Shown here piece after piece: positions 26,495 through 36,864 of a stretch of DNA of 64,000 nt (its first letter is position 1; every line of letters starts with the position of its first letter). Made by a program: the position numbers and the translations under genes. The notes under the pieces were generated by a model, which did not search any database, was not told the origin of the DNA, and saw only the letters and a list, made by a program, of their open reading frames with translations. Source of the DNA: a virus; the IMG/VR virus record IMGVR_UViG_3300025413_001393, positions 32,001 through 96,000 of that record. One strand, written 5' to 3'.

Positions 26495-28496
26495 TTGGAG
26501 GTATGAACATGTTGTAACCTTGTTCTATTAAGGATTCCATGTCTAATTCATACTTATGGTCAAAATCCATATTTCTAAAAATGTTATCTGTACTATGAGT
26601 ATAAGATGCATCAATATCAACTCCTGGATTTGGTACAACATTGGGCGAAACGCTAAGATCTCTTAGTTGATAGTCTTCGTTAATTTTTTCCCAATAACCA
26701 TTTGTAGCAATTTTCATCGGTTTGTGTTGAGTATCAAATTGAGCAATAGTAAAATATTGTTCACAAATTTCAGGCTCTAAAATGAAAAGAGCCCACACAA
26801 GAGCCATAATTCTATCGTCGAAGAAATTATCATTACGTTTTTTATAAATTCCGTTTGGTTGTCTTACAAACGTTTCGAATTCTGATATTGTTGTAGGGTC
26901 GTTAATCTTAACTACTTCCAAATGGTTGATCCAATAACGCATGTTTTGTATACCATCAAATTTAATATTAGTATGAGATAGTACACCTAAGTTACGAGTT
27001 CTATTATATTTGTCACTCTCAGAAATTTTATTGTAGCTAGTAATTTTTTCGTATTGGTGTTTGTAATATAAGGCATCAATAACTTGAGCTCCGCAATTAT
27101 TTCTTTCAATTAACATAGGAGCACAACCCCATGAATGACCAATTGTGTTTAATTTATTTGCAAAGTGAAACGGTTCAATTGTTGCTGAACCATATACAGC
27201 CACTTGATGTATTTCTTGCAAATTTGTTACATCTAGTACTTGAGCAACTGAAGCTGCTCTGCCTATACCTTCTCCTACATCTACTCCAATTACGTATAAT
27301 TTATTAGGATCGGGATATTCAAACACAGAGTATTCTTCATCCTCAGAAACCCATATAGCGGGTTTCTTTTCTCGTTTAAAGCGTTCAATGACCGACGCTC
27401 CAACAGCTGCTGCTGCATCATCCAAGAATACATTACCAAACTCTTGTAAGAATTTTTCTTCTGAACCACCAAGAGCAGCAATCATATCTTCTTTCCAAGA
27501 TTCATCTCTACCTGGAACATCGTGCCAGTTCATTCTTTCCGCTACCCAACCCTTAATTGTTTTCTTTTCAGCCCCTGAATATATTTCGTAAAATTTATTG
27601 CCAATACCATTTGGAGTTGACACCATTAAAATTTTAGAAGTTTTACCAGATGAAATTGAAGGTATAACCGAAGCCCAAAATTCATCTAGTAAGTGAGATT
27701 CAATAAACGCAGCCTCATCAATAGCAAGACAGTTTAGAGTATCACCACGAATGGATGTAGCGGTTGTAGTAGAAACGATGATGCTCGAATCGTTATCGAG
27801 TGTCATGCCGGTTTTGCCGTACTCCTTAACACCTGCCTTGATATAGTTAGGCAACTGTTCGTAAGCCATACGAATACGTTTAAAAATATTAATGGCTGTT
27901 GTTTCTTTATTTGCAACAATTGCAGCTCTGTGGTCATTATGAAACAAAGCCATCCATAAAACGAAAATAGTAAGAAGAGTACTCTTACCAGTCTGTCTTG
28001 CAGCCAGTAAAGCTACAAAGCGATTGTCGACCAAAGATCTAAGAATATTTTCTTGAACAGGATGTAATTTGATTAACTGTTTGCCTTTGTCAAGAGTAAC
28101 AACTTGAAAGAAATTTTCAGCAAAATATACAATGTCTTCTTTACATTTTTTGAGATTTAAAACCATCTCCGCTGTGAATTCGTATTGAGCTCCAGCAATA
28201 GGTACGTTTTTAGAACCTCTATAATAATAAGATTCGTCAATAGGATTTTCATTGACAATTTTATCAGTATTATAATTTAAACCTTGCTCGGTTAATTTAG
28301 TATCATCTAAATACGAATCTAACAAAGCATCTTCAGATTTAGATGTAATGTTCTTTACAATTGATACCTCTTCATTAATTTTAGGAGGTCTGCCTCTTGG
28401 CTTTTTCTTAACAGGATTTTTTGGTCTTCCTCTTTTTGGTTTATTTTTACTTCCTTTTGGTCGACCTTTTCTTGACTCGATATCCTCGTCACTCAT
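26484..28496 (-). CDS. gp17: Terminase large subunit with basic AT-hook-like N-terminal extension
   Basis: ARQTGKST (Walker A), LAIDEAAF (Walker B), VSTPNG, FLQEF, GVDVGEG, DDRIMAL. Confidence 0.96.
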   Translation of the reverse strand: MSDEDIESRKGRPKGSKNKPKRGRPKNPVKKKPRGRPPKINEEVSIVKNITSKSEDALLDSYLDDTKLTEQGLNYNTDKIVNENPIDESYYYRGSKNVPIAGAQYEFTAEMVLNLKKCKEDIVYFAENFFQVVTLDKGKQLIKLHPVQENILRSLVDNRFVALLAARQTGKSTLLTIFVLWMALFHNDHRAAIVANKETTAINIFKRIRMAYEQLPNYIKAGVKEYGKTGMTLDNDSSIIVSTTTATSIRGDTLNCLAIDEAAFIESHLLDEFWASVIPSISSGKTSKILMVSTPNGIGNKFYEIYSGAEKKTIKGWVAERMNWHDVPGRDESWKEDMIAALGGSEEKFLQEFGNVFLDDAAAAVGASVIERFKREKKPAIWVSEDEEYSVFEYPDPNKLYVIGVDVGEGIGRAASVAQVLDVTNLQEIHQVAVYGSATIEPFHFANKLNTIGHSWGCAPMLIERNNCGAQVIDALYYKHQYEKITSYNKISESDKYNRTRNLGVLSHTNIKFDGIQNMRYWINHLEVVKINDPTTISEFETFVRQPNGIYKKRNDNFFDDRIMALVWALFILEPEICEQYFTIAQFDTQHKPMKIATNGYWEKINEDYQLRDLSVSPNVVPNPGVDIDASYTHSTDNIFRNMDFDHKYELDMESLIEQGYNMFIPPNVR

Positions 28497-28497
28497 A

Positions 28498-28905
28498 CTA
28501 TGTTCTGTTATTTACTATCTCAATAAGAGTTGAACGCATTAAATCTACTAATGCACTTTCGTCTTTCTCAGACGAAGCATTAAAGATGCAAATCTTTTCA
28601 CCAGTCATAGAAAATCCAACCAACGAAAAGCAACTCAAGTATTCCTGAGTCAGTAAAGCTAAATGATTAAAGTCTTTGTACGTTTGTTTTTTGTGAGTTA
28701 ACAATTCGTGTTTGAACCCTTCTAATGCTTGCGCAAAAACTTGTTCGATGTTGATTTGCTCAACTTTTGACAAAGGCATTAAATCGGAATTAACAGGTGT
28801 TGGAGTAACAACTACGTCCTGTATTTGATCAGGCGTCTTTATCCGTTTTGTTTTCTTAAGTTTTTTTTTGGACGGTTGTTCTTCCGACATTAATCTATTT
28901 AACAA
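28498..28905 (-). CDS. Hypothetical protein
   Basis: 135-aa ORF in operon. Confidence 0.7.
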   Translation of the reverse strand: MLNRLMSEEQPSKKKLKKTKRIKTPDQIQDVVVTPTPVNSDLMPLSKVEQINIEQVFAQALEGFKHELLTHKKQTYKDFNHLALLTQEYLSCFSLVGFSMTGEKICIFNASSEKDESALVDLMRSTLIEIVNNRT

Positions 28906-28919
28906 TAGATCTTACACCG

Positions 28920-29228
28920 TCAAGCTTTTCCGGTACCGCGAATTCCGTATTTTACAAGATGTTCAATTAGAACTTCAAACGAACTCGTTTGCAAGCGAAC
29001 CTTACCAGGAACAAACTGACTACCGTCATACAACTCGAAAAAGCTTTCACCAAGATATGGATCATTAACCCAGCATGTACAAAATACTGAAGACACTCCG
29101 GGCTCAATAACTACTGTCCAAGCACGTGGATCCCCTATAGCATAATCCGTAAAAACTTTATGAGATACGTAACCCGAATCACGAAGTCTCTTTAGAAAGT
29201 AACCAAGAGTTGTAAGTTTGTTTGCCAT
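28920..29228 (-). CDS. Hypothetical protein
   Basis: 102-aa ORF in operon. Confidence 0.7.
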   Translation of the reverse strand: MANKLTTLGYFLKRLRDSGYVSHKVFTDYAIGDPRAWTVVIEPGVSSVFCTCWVNDPYLGESFFELYDGSQFVPGKVRLQTSSFEVLIEHLVKYGIRGTGKA

Positions 29229-29247
29229 ATAGAAGTAATTAGTAAAA

Positions 29248-29964
29248 CTACTTTACAAGTCCAGAAATAATATATTTTGTATGAGGAGTTTCAAACTTAA
29301 AGATTTTAAGCTGATGATTAATGCTAACACAAATTCTATCATCAACAAAACTCATAAGCAAAATGTTTTGTATGTTCAATGGAATTGCCTCCTTTAGAGG
29401 TTCCAGAGTATGAGAAGCTGCAACTTCTATTTTAATCTCGTTTGTATTGCATTTTTGATCGTCTCCAATCTTAGCAAAAACTTTTCCTGCTTCTGTATAA
29501 AAATACAACTTTTCAGCATCAGGAATAATAGAATTGTATTTTAAAATTTCCGACAATTTAGCTTTTGTAATCTCAAAACTCGTGTCGTAAGTTATTTTGT
29601 TTAACTTGTCTTCACTAAAAGCTCTATTATTACTAATATAGTTGTCATCAAGAAGATGATATTTGAATGACAAAGTAGAGCTTTTATATTCAACTATATT
29701 AGAATTAAATTCCAAAAAAACTTCATCTTCTTCAATACCTGAAATTAAACGAAGGAATGTTTTTGTTTCAGGAATGATAATTTTTGCATTTTCACTCACA
29801 TGGGAGCACACAAGAGAAGCAAAAAGAATAATAGAATTATCTGTCGAAGGGACTAAAACTTTTAACTCATCAGTATTAATATCTAAACAAACGTTATCGG
29901 ATAACTTGCTAGAAGGAACTAAAATATTTTCGACAAATATTCTTTTATTAAATTTGATATTCAT
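29248..29964 (-). CDS. gp45: Probable DNA polymerase sliding clamp
   Basis: 238 aa; FL.LISG..E..V.LEF....V.Y.....FKY.L pattern; beta-clamp-like composition. Confidence 0.7.
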   Translation of the reverse strand: MNIKFNKRIFVENILVPSSKLSDNVCLDINTDELKVLVPSTDNSIILFASLVCSHVSENAKIIIPETKTFLRLISGIEEDEVFLEFNSNIVEYKSSTLSFKYHLLDDNYISNNRAFSEDKLNKITYDTSFEITKAKLSEILKYNSIIPDAEKLYFYTEAGKVFAKIGDDQKCNTNEIKIEVAASHTLEPLKEAIPLNIQNILLMSFVDDRICVSINHQLKIFKFETPHTKYIISGLVK

Positions 29965-30476
29965 TCTGCTACAGTCGACTTGGATTTCTTAGAAGGTACG
30001 TTTGCATTTTCTAAAGCATTTGCAATTCTCTCTAAGCTCTTGCTAATCATTTCAATATGCTTAATGACAGAACTAGCTTCGACGTTATTACTATTACCAA
30101 AGAAATCTGCAAACGTAAGTTGATCAGACTCTTCGCGTGTAATAGCAGGAGTTACAGGTTGGTTTAACTGATGTGTAATAACTTGAGGAGTTCTTTGCTG
30201 AACAGGTTGAGGAGGAACAACATATTGAGGCTCAGGCTCTTCTTTTGGATAAGACATTTCTGCTTCTCTCTGAACTGCTTCGAGAATCCTTCTCTCGTCA
30301 TCTCTCAAATTAGCTGATGATCTTTGTCCGTTCGACGACAAAAATTGTTTAGGATTAAGTCTAGTAGCTGGCCCAGACATAGAAGCTTGTTGAGTAGTAT
30401 TTTGATCTACTCTCAACAATTCACTACCAAATATTTGAGCTACCTTTGCTGCTGCTAATTTATCTTCTGTTATCAT
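29961..30476 (-). CDS. Hypothetical protein
   Basis: 171-aa Q/P-rich ORF in operon. Confidence 0.7.
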   Translation of the reverse strand: MITEDKLAAAKVAQIFGSELLRVDQNTTQQASMSGPATRLNPKQFLSSNGQRSSANLRDDERRILEAVQREAEMSYPKEEPEPQYVVPPQPVQQRTPQVITHQLNQPVTPAITREESDQLTFADFFGNSNNVEASSVIKHIEMISKSLERIANALENANVPSKKSKSTVAE

Positions 30477-30477
30477 A

Positions 30478-31479
30478 TTATTTTAAACCGTTTTGTATAC
30501 CTTTGCAAATTACTGCAGTAGCTGACCACGGATGCAAACTCTCCAAATGGTCTGTTACGATACTAAAATCTAAAACTTTACCGTTGCTATACAACTCATC
30601 CAACCCTTCGTATAGAAGGCGAATCGCATCCTCAGTAAAAAGCAAATTAGAACCATTCAATTCAGCAAATGCTTGCTCATCTCTACGCTTGCAAATAATC
30701 ACAACCTCAGTAGGAACTTTTGTTCGAGCCATTTCAATAATGTCTTCAATGTATACAACATTCTTAGGATCAAATTGAATTGTGATCTTAGCAATAGAAC
30801 GTTGACTGTGACCATTTGCTGCCTGTCCTCGCTTGTTAGTTGCATCTTGTGCTAGCTCAAAAGAACAAGGGCATGTTGAACTATAAACATAATCAACAGT
30901 CAAGTAAAACTTGTATTCTGTTCCATGCTTTTGACCTTCAAGAATGCAATTATAATAAATGTAACCTTCAGCCTTTTCGTGACTTAGTTTTACTCCATCA
31001 ACAATTTTAAATACATCGCTATCTGGGGCATTGTCAGGCAACTCCTTACGAGTACGAAGAGCCCTTTGCGTCCACGGATATTTAAACTTCATCTTGCAGT
31101 ATACATCCTTCGACCCTTGCTTGCTTTGAAGCACATCAAGAATATGAGTAATACCTTCAATAGAAACGTGATTAGCAATCTGCTCGTGCATTACAATAGG
31201 AAACCTGCTAAGGTTCAATCCTTTTGCATTTGGATTATCTAAAGATCCATACAGCGAAACGGTAGCAGTTAACTTTTCAATCGAACCATCTCGACGAATA
31301 AAATTAACAGGAAGATCTACACCTGATACACCTACTTTATTGATAGGCACACGAGCTCCAGGAAGAACCGGATCCACTTGAGGATCCGGTAAATCTGCAT
31401 CTTCGGGATAATATGTCTCGTCGTACTTAAAATTCAGACGAGGCATATGAGCTGTATAATCGTTATAATGATAAGACAT
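30478..31479 (-). CDS. folE2: GTP cyclohydrolase type IB (FolE2/MptA family)
   Basis: INKVGVS, KG.NLSRF, SSTCPCS, HSQRS, F.EDAIR, ESLH. Confidence 0.92.
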   Translation of the reverse strand: MSYHYNDYTAHMPRLNFKYDETYYPEDADLPDPQVDPVLPGARVPINKVGVSGVDLPVNFIRRDGSIEKLTATVSLYGSLDNPNAKGLNLSRFPIVMHEQIANHVSIEGITHILDVLQSKQGSKDVYCKMKFKYPWTQRALRTRKELPDNAPDSDVFKIVDGVKLSHEKAEGYIYYNCILEGQKHGTEYKFYLTVDYVYSSTCPCSFELAQDATNKRGQAANGHSQRSIAKITIQFDPKNVVYIEDIIEMARTKVPTEVVIICKRRDEQAFAELNGSNLLFTEDAIRLLYEGLDELYSNGKVLDFSIVTDHLESLHPWSATAVICKGIQNGLK

Positions 31480-31485
31480 AAAAAT

Positions 31486-31514
31486 AATATACTACACTTT
31501 AGAGTCTATGTCAA
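31486..31514 (-). promoter_or_regulatory. Sigma70-type promoter of folE2
   Basis: TTGACA-N17-TATATT then 6 nt to ATG. Confidence 0.75.
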
Positions 31515-31520
31515 TAACTA

Positions 31521-32414
31521 TTACAGATCAGCAAGAAGTTTCTTTAGTTTTTCGTCAGTAGATTCGTTAAGATCAACTTCGTTAGTAGAAGGTTGATAAT
31601 CAGTTTCTGTTTCCGAAGGAACAGATGTTGTGTTGTAAGTAGTTTCCTCTTCGTCCTCTTCTTGAGGAGCAGACGAACCAGTCGTAAGATTAAAGTAATG
31701 CTCGTCGAGCAAACGCTGCATATCAGCAGGCGTAGTACTCTTATCTACAGCAGTTAGATCATGTACGGAGTCATATACTTTTGCAATATCGACATCGATC
31801 TTAGATGGAGACAAGAACTTAGAAGAAGCATACGTAACCATCATCTTAGAACTCTTTGCTCCACCTGCTCGTACCTCACACTTAATGCGAAGAGTGCAAC
31901 CACCCTCGACATCAAACACCTTCTCGACACCAAACTCAGCAGCATCATCTCCCTCAAGAGCACTGTCAATAATCTTGGCAAGCTCCTTACCATAACGAAG
32001 AATCTTAACCTGACCTTCGTTTGCCCGATTAGTAGGATCCTCAATGACGTACACATTAGTCATCCAGGATGTCTTACGAGATAGATCAGCTGATGCCTTC
32101 TTCTCGGACTCAGTACCGGTACGATAAGTCTTCAGATAGTAAGTATCGATCGGGCAAGACTCACCAAATGTACCAGGGCAACGGTGAGATACAAACTTGC
32201 CAGTGGAGTTCGAGGTCCAAGCATGGTTAAAGTACTTGAAGATAGACTCAGTAGGAGCCTTAGGATTAGGAACAATACGAAGAAGGTATGTATTACCTGC
32301 AGTGAACTTAAGGATCTCTTTATAGAGACCGTTACCTCCAGCACTCTTCTCAGAGTTGCTAAGAGATTGCTTGATGGCTTCGAACATGGACTTTGTGTTT
32401 ACGGATGTACTCAT
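31521..32414 (-). CDS. gp32: Single-stranded DNA-binding protein
   Basis: CPGTFGESCPID, TNVYVIEDP.N..NEGQVK..RYGK, Y..SKF, acidic tail. Confidence 0.9.
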   Translation of the reverse strand: MSTSVNTKSMFEAIKQSLSNSEKSAGGNGLYKEILKFTAGNTYLLRIVPNPKAPTESIFKYFNHAWTSNSTGKFVSHRCPGTFGESCPIDTYYLKTYRTGTESEKKASADLSRKTSWMTNVYVIEDPTNRANEGQVKILRYGKELAKIIDSALEGDDAAEFGVEKVFDVEGGCTLRIKCEVRAGGAKSSKMMVTYASSKFLSPSKIDVDIAKVYDSVHDLTAVDKSTTPADMQRLLDEHYFNLTTGSSAPQEEDEEETTYNTTSVPSETETDYQPSTNEVDLNESTDEKLKKLLADL

Positions 32415-32419
32415 ATGTT

Positions 32420-33118
32420 TTATATTACGTTGGGTTGTTGTTTTGTCAACTGTGAATATACAAAATTACTCACAGTTGGTAAAGCTTTTTTAAGAAAAAT
32501 TTTTAATTCAGATGAATTATTGTATTGAAGTTTTAGTTTGTTAAACTGTTCAGCAAAATCACTTACATAAAAGCGACGAACATCTTCAGTAAGACTTTGC
32601 ATAGCAGAAAAGACATCAGGAAATTCCATCATAGCATAAACATTAATTTTGTTTTGCTTGTAGTGAGTCATCCATGTAAACACATCAGATGTTCTGTGTG
32701 TAGAATATTTGTGAAAAGGAATGTTTTGCTCAATACAAAACTTAGCAATAAACTTTAATGATTCTTCTACATGTTTGAGTTGAGAATCTGGATTTTGTAT
32801 AAAAATAAGTTTTTTGTACGTAGTGTATGCTTTAACAGCTCTCATGGAAGAAAAGTATTCCAGGTCAAAATATTCAACATCAGGATACAATTTGTATGGA
32901 GCTTCAAAATAAGAATCCAGATCAATCTCTGGATGCTTCTTTAAGAAGATAGACAAACGTTTTAGAAATTTGTGTTTGTCTGTATTAGCTATAGCGTCAA
33001 ACGATTTTCTAAATTTGAAAGGTTTGTTTTTAACAGAACGAGATACAGCATAATGCTTATTATAAAGCAACTTTTCTAGTTCTGTCAGATGATTTTTTTC
33101 CATTTGCCTTTCTAACAA
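32420..33118 (-). CDS. Hypothetical protein, possibly gp59-like helicase loader (probable start 33103)
   Basis: Basic/aromatic ~230 aa directly upstream of gp32, as T4 gp59 is; sequence match weak. Confidence 0.4.
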   Translation of the reverse strand: MLERQMEKNHLTELEKLLYNKHYAVSRSVKNKPFKFRKSFDAIANTDKHKFLKRLSIFLKKHPEIDLDSYFEAPYKLYPDVEYFDLEYFSSMRAVKAYTTYKKLIFIQNPDSQLKHVEESLKFIAKFCIEQNIPFHKYSTHRTSDVFTWMTHYKQNKINVYAMMEFPDVFSAMQSLTEDVRRFYVSDFAEQFNKLKLQYNNSSELKIFLKKALPTVSNFVYSQLTKQQPNVI

Positions 33119-33398
33119 TAGATTTGGTGAACTTTGATTTTACTAGATTTGGATGAAGATACAACAAAGATAATATAGATTCTTTGAATGAATCTGAAGA
33201 CGTAATTTCGGTAAAAAAATCTTGATAGGTGGTGTCTTCTAAGAGCAACACAAACAAAGTTGTAACATTAATTTTTTTGTTTTCTAAAATTGATATTAGA
33301 GATCCTGCTTTTAATACTCCGTCTATAAATTCTCTCGATTTAATTCTATCAAGAGGATTTGCTGTTGAGTTGTCTAGCTCCAGACCTGGAAAAATCAT
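33060..33398 (-). CDS. Hypothetical protein
   Basis: 112-aa ORF in operon. Confidence 0.65.
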   Translation of the reverse strand: MIFPGLELDNSTANPLDRIKSREFIDGVLKAGSLISILENKKINVTTLFVLLLEDTTYQDFFTEITSSDSFKESILSLLYLHPNLVKSKFTKSIVRKANGKKSSDRTRKVAL

Positions 33399-33416
33399 GT
33401 TAGGAATATTTAATTC

Positions 33417-34289
33417 CTATTCCAAAGGTTTCAACATTTTTGTAAATTCAATAAATTCGTCAGTAAGATTACCTCCAGCTGCTGCTGCATGTCCTCCACC
33501 ATTTGCAATTCGTTGAACAAACTTAGACACATCGACAGTATGGTTTTTAGAATTTCTTCTTACAGCAATACGTTTTTGTTCAACCAATACAGCAATAACA
33601 ACATCAACGTCGTATTTTTTGAAAATGTAGTCACAACATTCAGCAACATAGTTATCACAAAATACAGCACTTACAGTTACAGGTTCTTCTTCAAATACAA
33701 ATTTACCAAAGAAAGGCTTTAGTGTTTTTAAATATTGATCTCTATTTTTCTTGTATATAGAAATAATATTAGTTTTAAACTTATCAAAAGGTTTAAACCC
33801 GTCGTAATAATCTTCAATAAATGATTGTATTTTGTTGTTTGTGTTATGATATACAATATTAAGTTCTTCTGACAAAGGTGTCGCGTTTGTATTAGAATCG
33901 TAATCGTCAGCTAATGTAATAAGAGTTTTTTTGGCTATCGATATATCTTTGTCTTTCAAGTAATTTAAGTAAATTAACTTTGCACACGACGTAAAGTTTA
34001 CAACAGTATTTTTTGCATGTTTGTACGGATAGATATTTGTTTTGTGGTGATCAATAATTGTAACATTTTCTCTATCAATCAACGATCCAACTTTGGATAC
34101 ATCTAAATCTAAAAAGTACATAGGTACATTTTTATCATGAGTTTCCATAATTTTTGCTACATCAGCTTCAAGTTTTTTTGGTGTCGTACCGTATAGTCTA
34201 ACCTTTTTATTCAAAGCCCAGCACATAGCTAGGTAAGAAACTATGCCGTCAAGATCAATATGAGATATAATAATTGGTTCAGGATTCAT
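33417..34289 (-). CDS. DHH-family phosphoesterase
   Basis: H.DLDG, FLD, IIDHH, DHHA1 GGGHAAAAG. Confidence 0.92.
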   Translation of the reverse strand: MNPEPIIISHIDLDGIVSYLAMCWALNKKVRLYGTTPKKLEADVAKIMETHDKNVPMYFLDLDVSKVGSLIDRENVTIIDHHKTNIYPYKHAKNTVVNFTSCAKLIYLNYLKDKDISIAKKTLITLADDYDSNTNATPLSEELNIVYHNTNNKIQSFIEDYYDGFKPFDKFKTNIISIYKKNRDQYLKTLKPFFGKFVFEEEPVTVSAVFCDNYVAECCDYIFKKYDVDVVIAVLVEQKRIAVRRNSKNHTVDVSKFVQRIANGGGHAAAAGGNLTDEFIEFTKMLKPLE

Positions 34290-35655
34290 TGGAAATTGTG
34301 TTTAAAGCGTCTTCAACTCCTCTAACAACGTTGTCGGTAGATGGAGAGTCTTCTTCAAAATAGTCTGGATTAGTTTCTTTTAAAGTCAACGTATGATAGT
34401 TACAACGGAAGGCTCCTGAACCGTAATTCGGACCAAAACGATTCTTTTGCATACCCATATTAATAATACCAAGTTCTCTATCTTCTGGCTCTTGCCATAG
34501 TGAACAAATAACATCACAAGTAGCAGCAAGACCAATACTTTCAGAAATACCTTCCATGCCAGGACTTGCAGTATTAAATGATCCTCGATTGAGTTGAGTT
34601 GCACTTACAACAGGTAATCCATGCTTAAACGATAAAGCTCTTAAATGTTCGCAAATTTCTTTTACTGATTCATACGAATTAAGATTTTTTGCAATCGGAT
34701 GAATAAGATTAACATAATCTATTACAATAATATCTGGAACAAATCCTTTATGTTTGAGCTTAGTTATAAAAGCATCGATCTGTCTTACTGTAACCGTTTT
34801 TGGAGGATACTCTTTAATAATCAACCGACTGTTCAAATTCTTTTTTATGCCTTCCAAACTTTCTTTAAGTTCGTTAGTATACGATTTCAGATCGTTATGA
34901 GGAATTTGAGTAAGCTGAGTGCTAATACGTTTTGCATACATAAACTCAGACATTTCGAGTGTAACAAGCAAGACGTTTTTATTAGCAAGTACCATATTAG
35001 CTGCAACGTTTCCGAGAACAATTGATTTACCAACATTTACTTGTCCAGCAAACACCACAAGAGTTTTAGGAAACAAACCACCTTCGCATTTGTCATCAAA
35101 GAATTTCCAGCCAGTTGGTATAGGCTTATACGTTGCAACTAATTCTTTAACATGTTTCTCAATATCTTCAAAGTACCAATGACCAAGATTTTCAGATAAT
35201 GTAATGTTATAAGCTTGCTCAAATTCTTGAAGAGCATCTTCGATTCTAAAAGAATCTTCAGAAAATTTATCAGCTACATTAAGAATAGTTTTGTAAATAA
35301 ACCGCTCCTTAAGAAACCTTTCTGTATTAATAACTAATTCATCTTTGTTGAATGATGTCTCAAGTTGAGATAATTTGCTCTTAACATCTGCTAAGGCTTT
35401 TCTGTCCTCATCAGAGGTCATACGAGCTTTAATTTCTGTTAGTGTAGGAACTGACCCTCGCTGAGTAAAAAACTGATTTATGCCCGTTATAACGCGTGCA
35501 ATGCTCTTGTCTACAAACAGCGCAGGATCTAGATAATTAACAATAGATGCAAGATATTCTTGATCCGAAAGAGCATTCAGTAGAATAATGTTCTCAAAAT
35601 AATCCAAGTCAAGCTTGGGAAGCGGTGCAGGTTTAGTCATCCGCTTCAGTATCAT
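34279..35655 (-). CDS. gp41: Replicative helicase
   Basis: GQVNVGKS, TLEMSE, IIKEYPP, IVIDYVNL, SATQLNR, SESIGL, KNRFG. Confidence 0.95.
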   Translation of the reverse strand: MILKRMTKPAPLPKLDLDYFENIILLNALSDQEYLASIVNYLDPALFVDKSIARVITGINQFFTQRGSVPTLTEIKARMTSDEDRKALADVKSKLSQLETSFNKDELVINTERFLKERFIYKTILNVADKFSEDSFRIEDALQEFEQAYNITLSENLGHWYFEDIEKHVKELVATYKPIPTGWKFFDDKCEGGLFPKTLVVFAGQVNVGKSIVLGNVAANMVLANKNVLLVTLEMSEFMYAKRISTQLTQIPHNDLKSYTNELKESLEGIKKNLNSRLIIKEYPPKTVTVRQIDAFITKLKHKGFVPDIIVIDYVNLIHPIAKNLNSYESVKEICEHLRALSFKHGLPVVSATQLNRGSFNTASPGMEGISESIGLAATCDVICSLWQEPEDRELGIINMGMQKNRFGPNYGSGAFRCNYHTLTLKETNPDYFEEDSPSTDNVVRGVEDALNTISNES

Positions 35656-36772
35656 CTAACTCCGCATCAACGTCAATGTTAATTTCGTTCTTAAACGAGA
35701 GCTCCGTCTTAAGCTTTTCTTCAAGAGTAGGAAGAATCTTAGCCCAGACTGACTCATCGTCTTTCCAGTCCTTAAAGAAACCAAGTGTCTCTCCATTGAG
35801 AACATAACGATGACCAGCCTTTTCGAGGACTCCGTAACCTTCAGCCATCTCCAGTAGTCCTGAATACTTGTTCAAGCCAGTCTTAAAGTTGAGATACAAC
35901 TCGGTCTCAAGGAAAGGAGCTACAAAACGATTCTTTGTAGTAAGAGTGCGAAGAGTCATTCCATTAATACCTTTTGACAAAAAGGTGGTTTCGGTGTTTG
36001 AATCTTTATTCTTACTATCCTCAGTCTTTTCAGTCTTCTTAGCCATCTGCACAATGACCGAAGCCATGTAAAGAGGACCAGAACCACCTGCTTGCTTCTT
36101 GATAGCCGAAGGATGAAGCTGTGAAGGATCATCGTAAATATGGTTTGTAAAAATTACAGGACAATTAGCTTTTGCTGCAGAATGTGTAATTGCTCTCATC
36201 AAACTCTTAAGAGCTTTAGCTCTGTTACCCATATCAAGAGTATCAGTACCTTCTTCAATCTTCTTCTTTTCTTGTGTAGTAATAAGATTACCAAGCGAAT
36301 CAATTACGATGAGAACCTGACCTTGCAAATTGTTTGCAATGATGGAATTTAAAAATTGAACAATTTCATTCCTGCATTGTTCTGTAATCTCAGATGGAAC
36401 GTGTTTAATCTTTGAAGTGTCACAACCAAGTCGCTTGGCTGTAGCTTCATCTAGTGCACCTTCAGTATCAAAGTATGCAATATACATTCCTTTCTTCTGA
36501 GCGTTGGCCATAATCTTATTAGCCATAAGTGTCTTGCCACACGACTCCGGTCCTACAAAACCAGTCAAACGTCCCATAGGAACACCGCCAAAAAGTGATC
36601 CTGAAATAATTGCATTAAGAGCATACGAGCCCGTATCAATCCAACTTACAACTGATGAAAGACTGTTATCGTTAAGAGATGCTGCTGATGGATTAAGATT
36701 TTCCAAAACCTTAAAAGCATCTGCAATAGAACCTTTAATACCATTTGTCTCGTCGTTTTTTTGTTTAGCCAT
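35633..36772 (-). CDS. uvsX: RecA-like recombinase
   Basis: DTGSYALN, GPESCGKT, FDTE, VIDSLGNL, TNH, GG.GP.Y.AS. Confidence 0.96.
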   Translation of the reverse strand: MAKQKNDETNGIKGSIADAFKVLENLNPSAASLNDNSLSSVVSWIDTGSYALNAIISGSLFGGVPMGRLTGFVGPESCGKTLMANKIMANAQKKGMYIAYFDTEGALDEATAKRLGCDTSKIKHVPSEITEQCRNEIVQFLNSIIANNLQGQVLIVIDSLGNLITTQEKKKIEEGTDTLDMGNRAKALKSLMRAITHSAAKANCPVIFTNHIYDDPSQLHPSAIKKQAGGSGPLYMASVIVQMAKKTEKTEDSKNKDSNTETTFLSKGINGMTLRTLTTKNRFVAPFLETELYLNFKTGLNKYSGLLEMAEGYGVLEKAGHRYVLNGETLGFFKDWKDDESVWAKILPTLEEKLKTELSFKNEINIDVDAELDDTEADD

Positions 36773-36810
36773 ATAGAGTATTATGAGTCAAATATACTTT
36801 TTTACAACAC

Positions 36811-36851
36811 AAAAAAAGCTCCTTGGAAGGTTTAATTCCCAAGGAGCTTTT
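36811..36851. terminator. Bidirectional terminator
   Basis: aaaagctccttgg...ccaaggagctttt inverted repeat. Confidence 0.85.
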
Positions 36852-36864
36852 AGAGTTGTTTATC

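Noticed and set aside
33060-33398. gp33 late co-activator by synteny (gp33-gp59-gp32)
   Set aside because: Position is suggestive but no recognisable sequence similarity, so it is left hypothetical.
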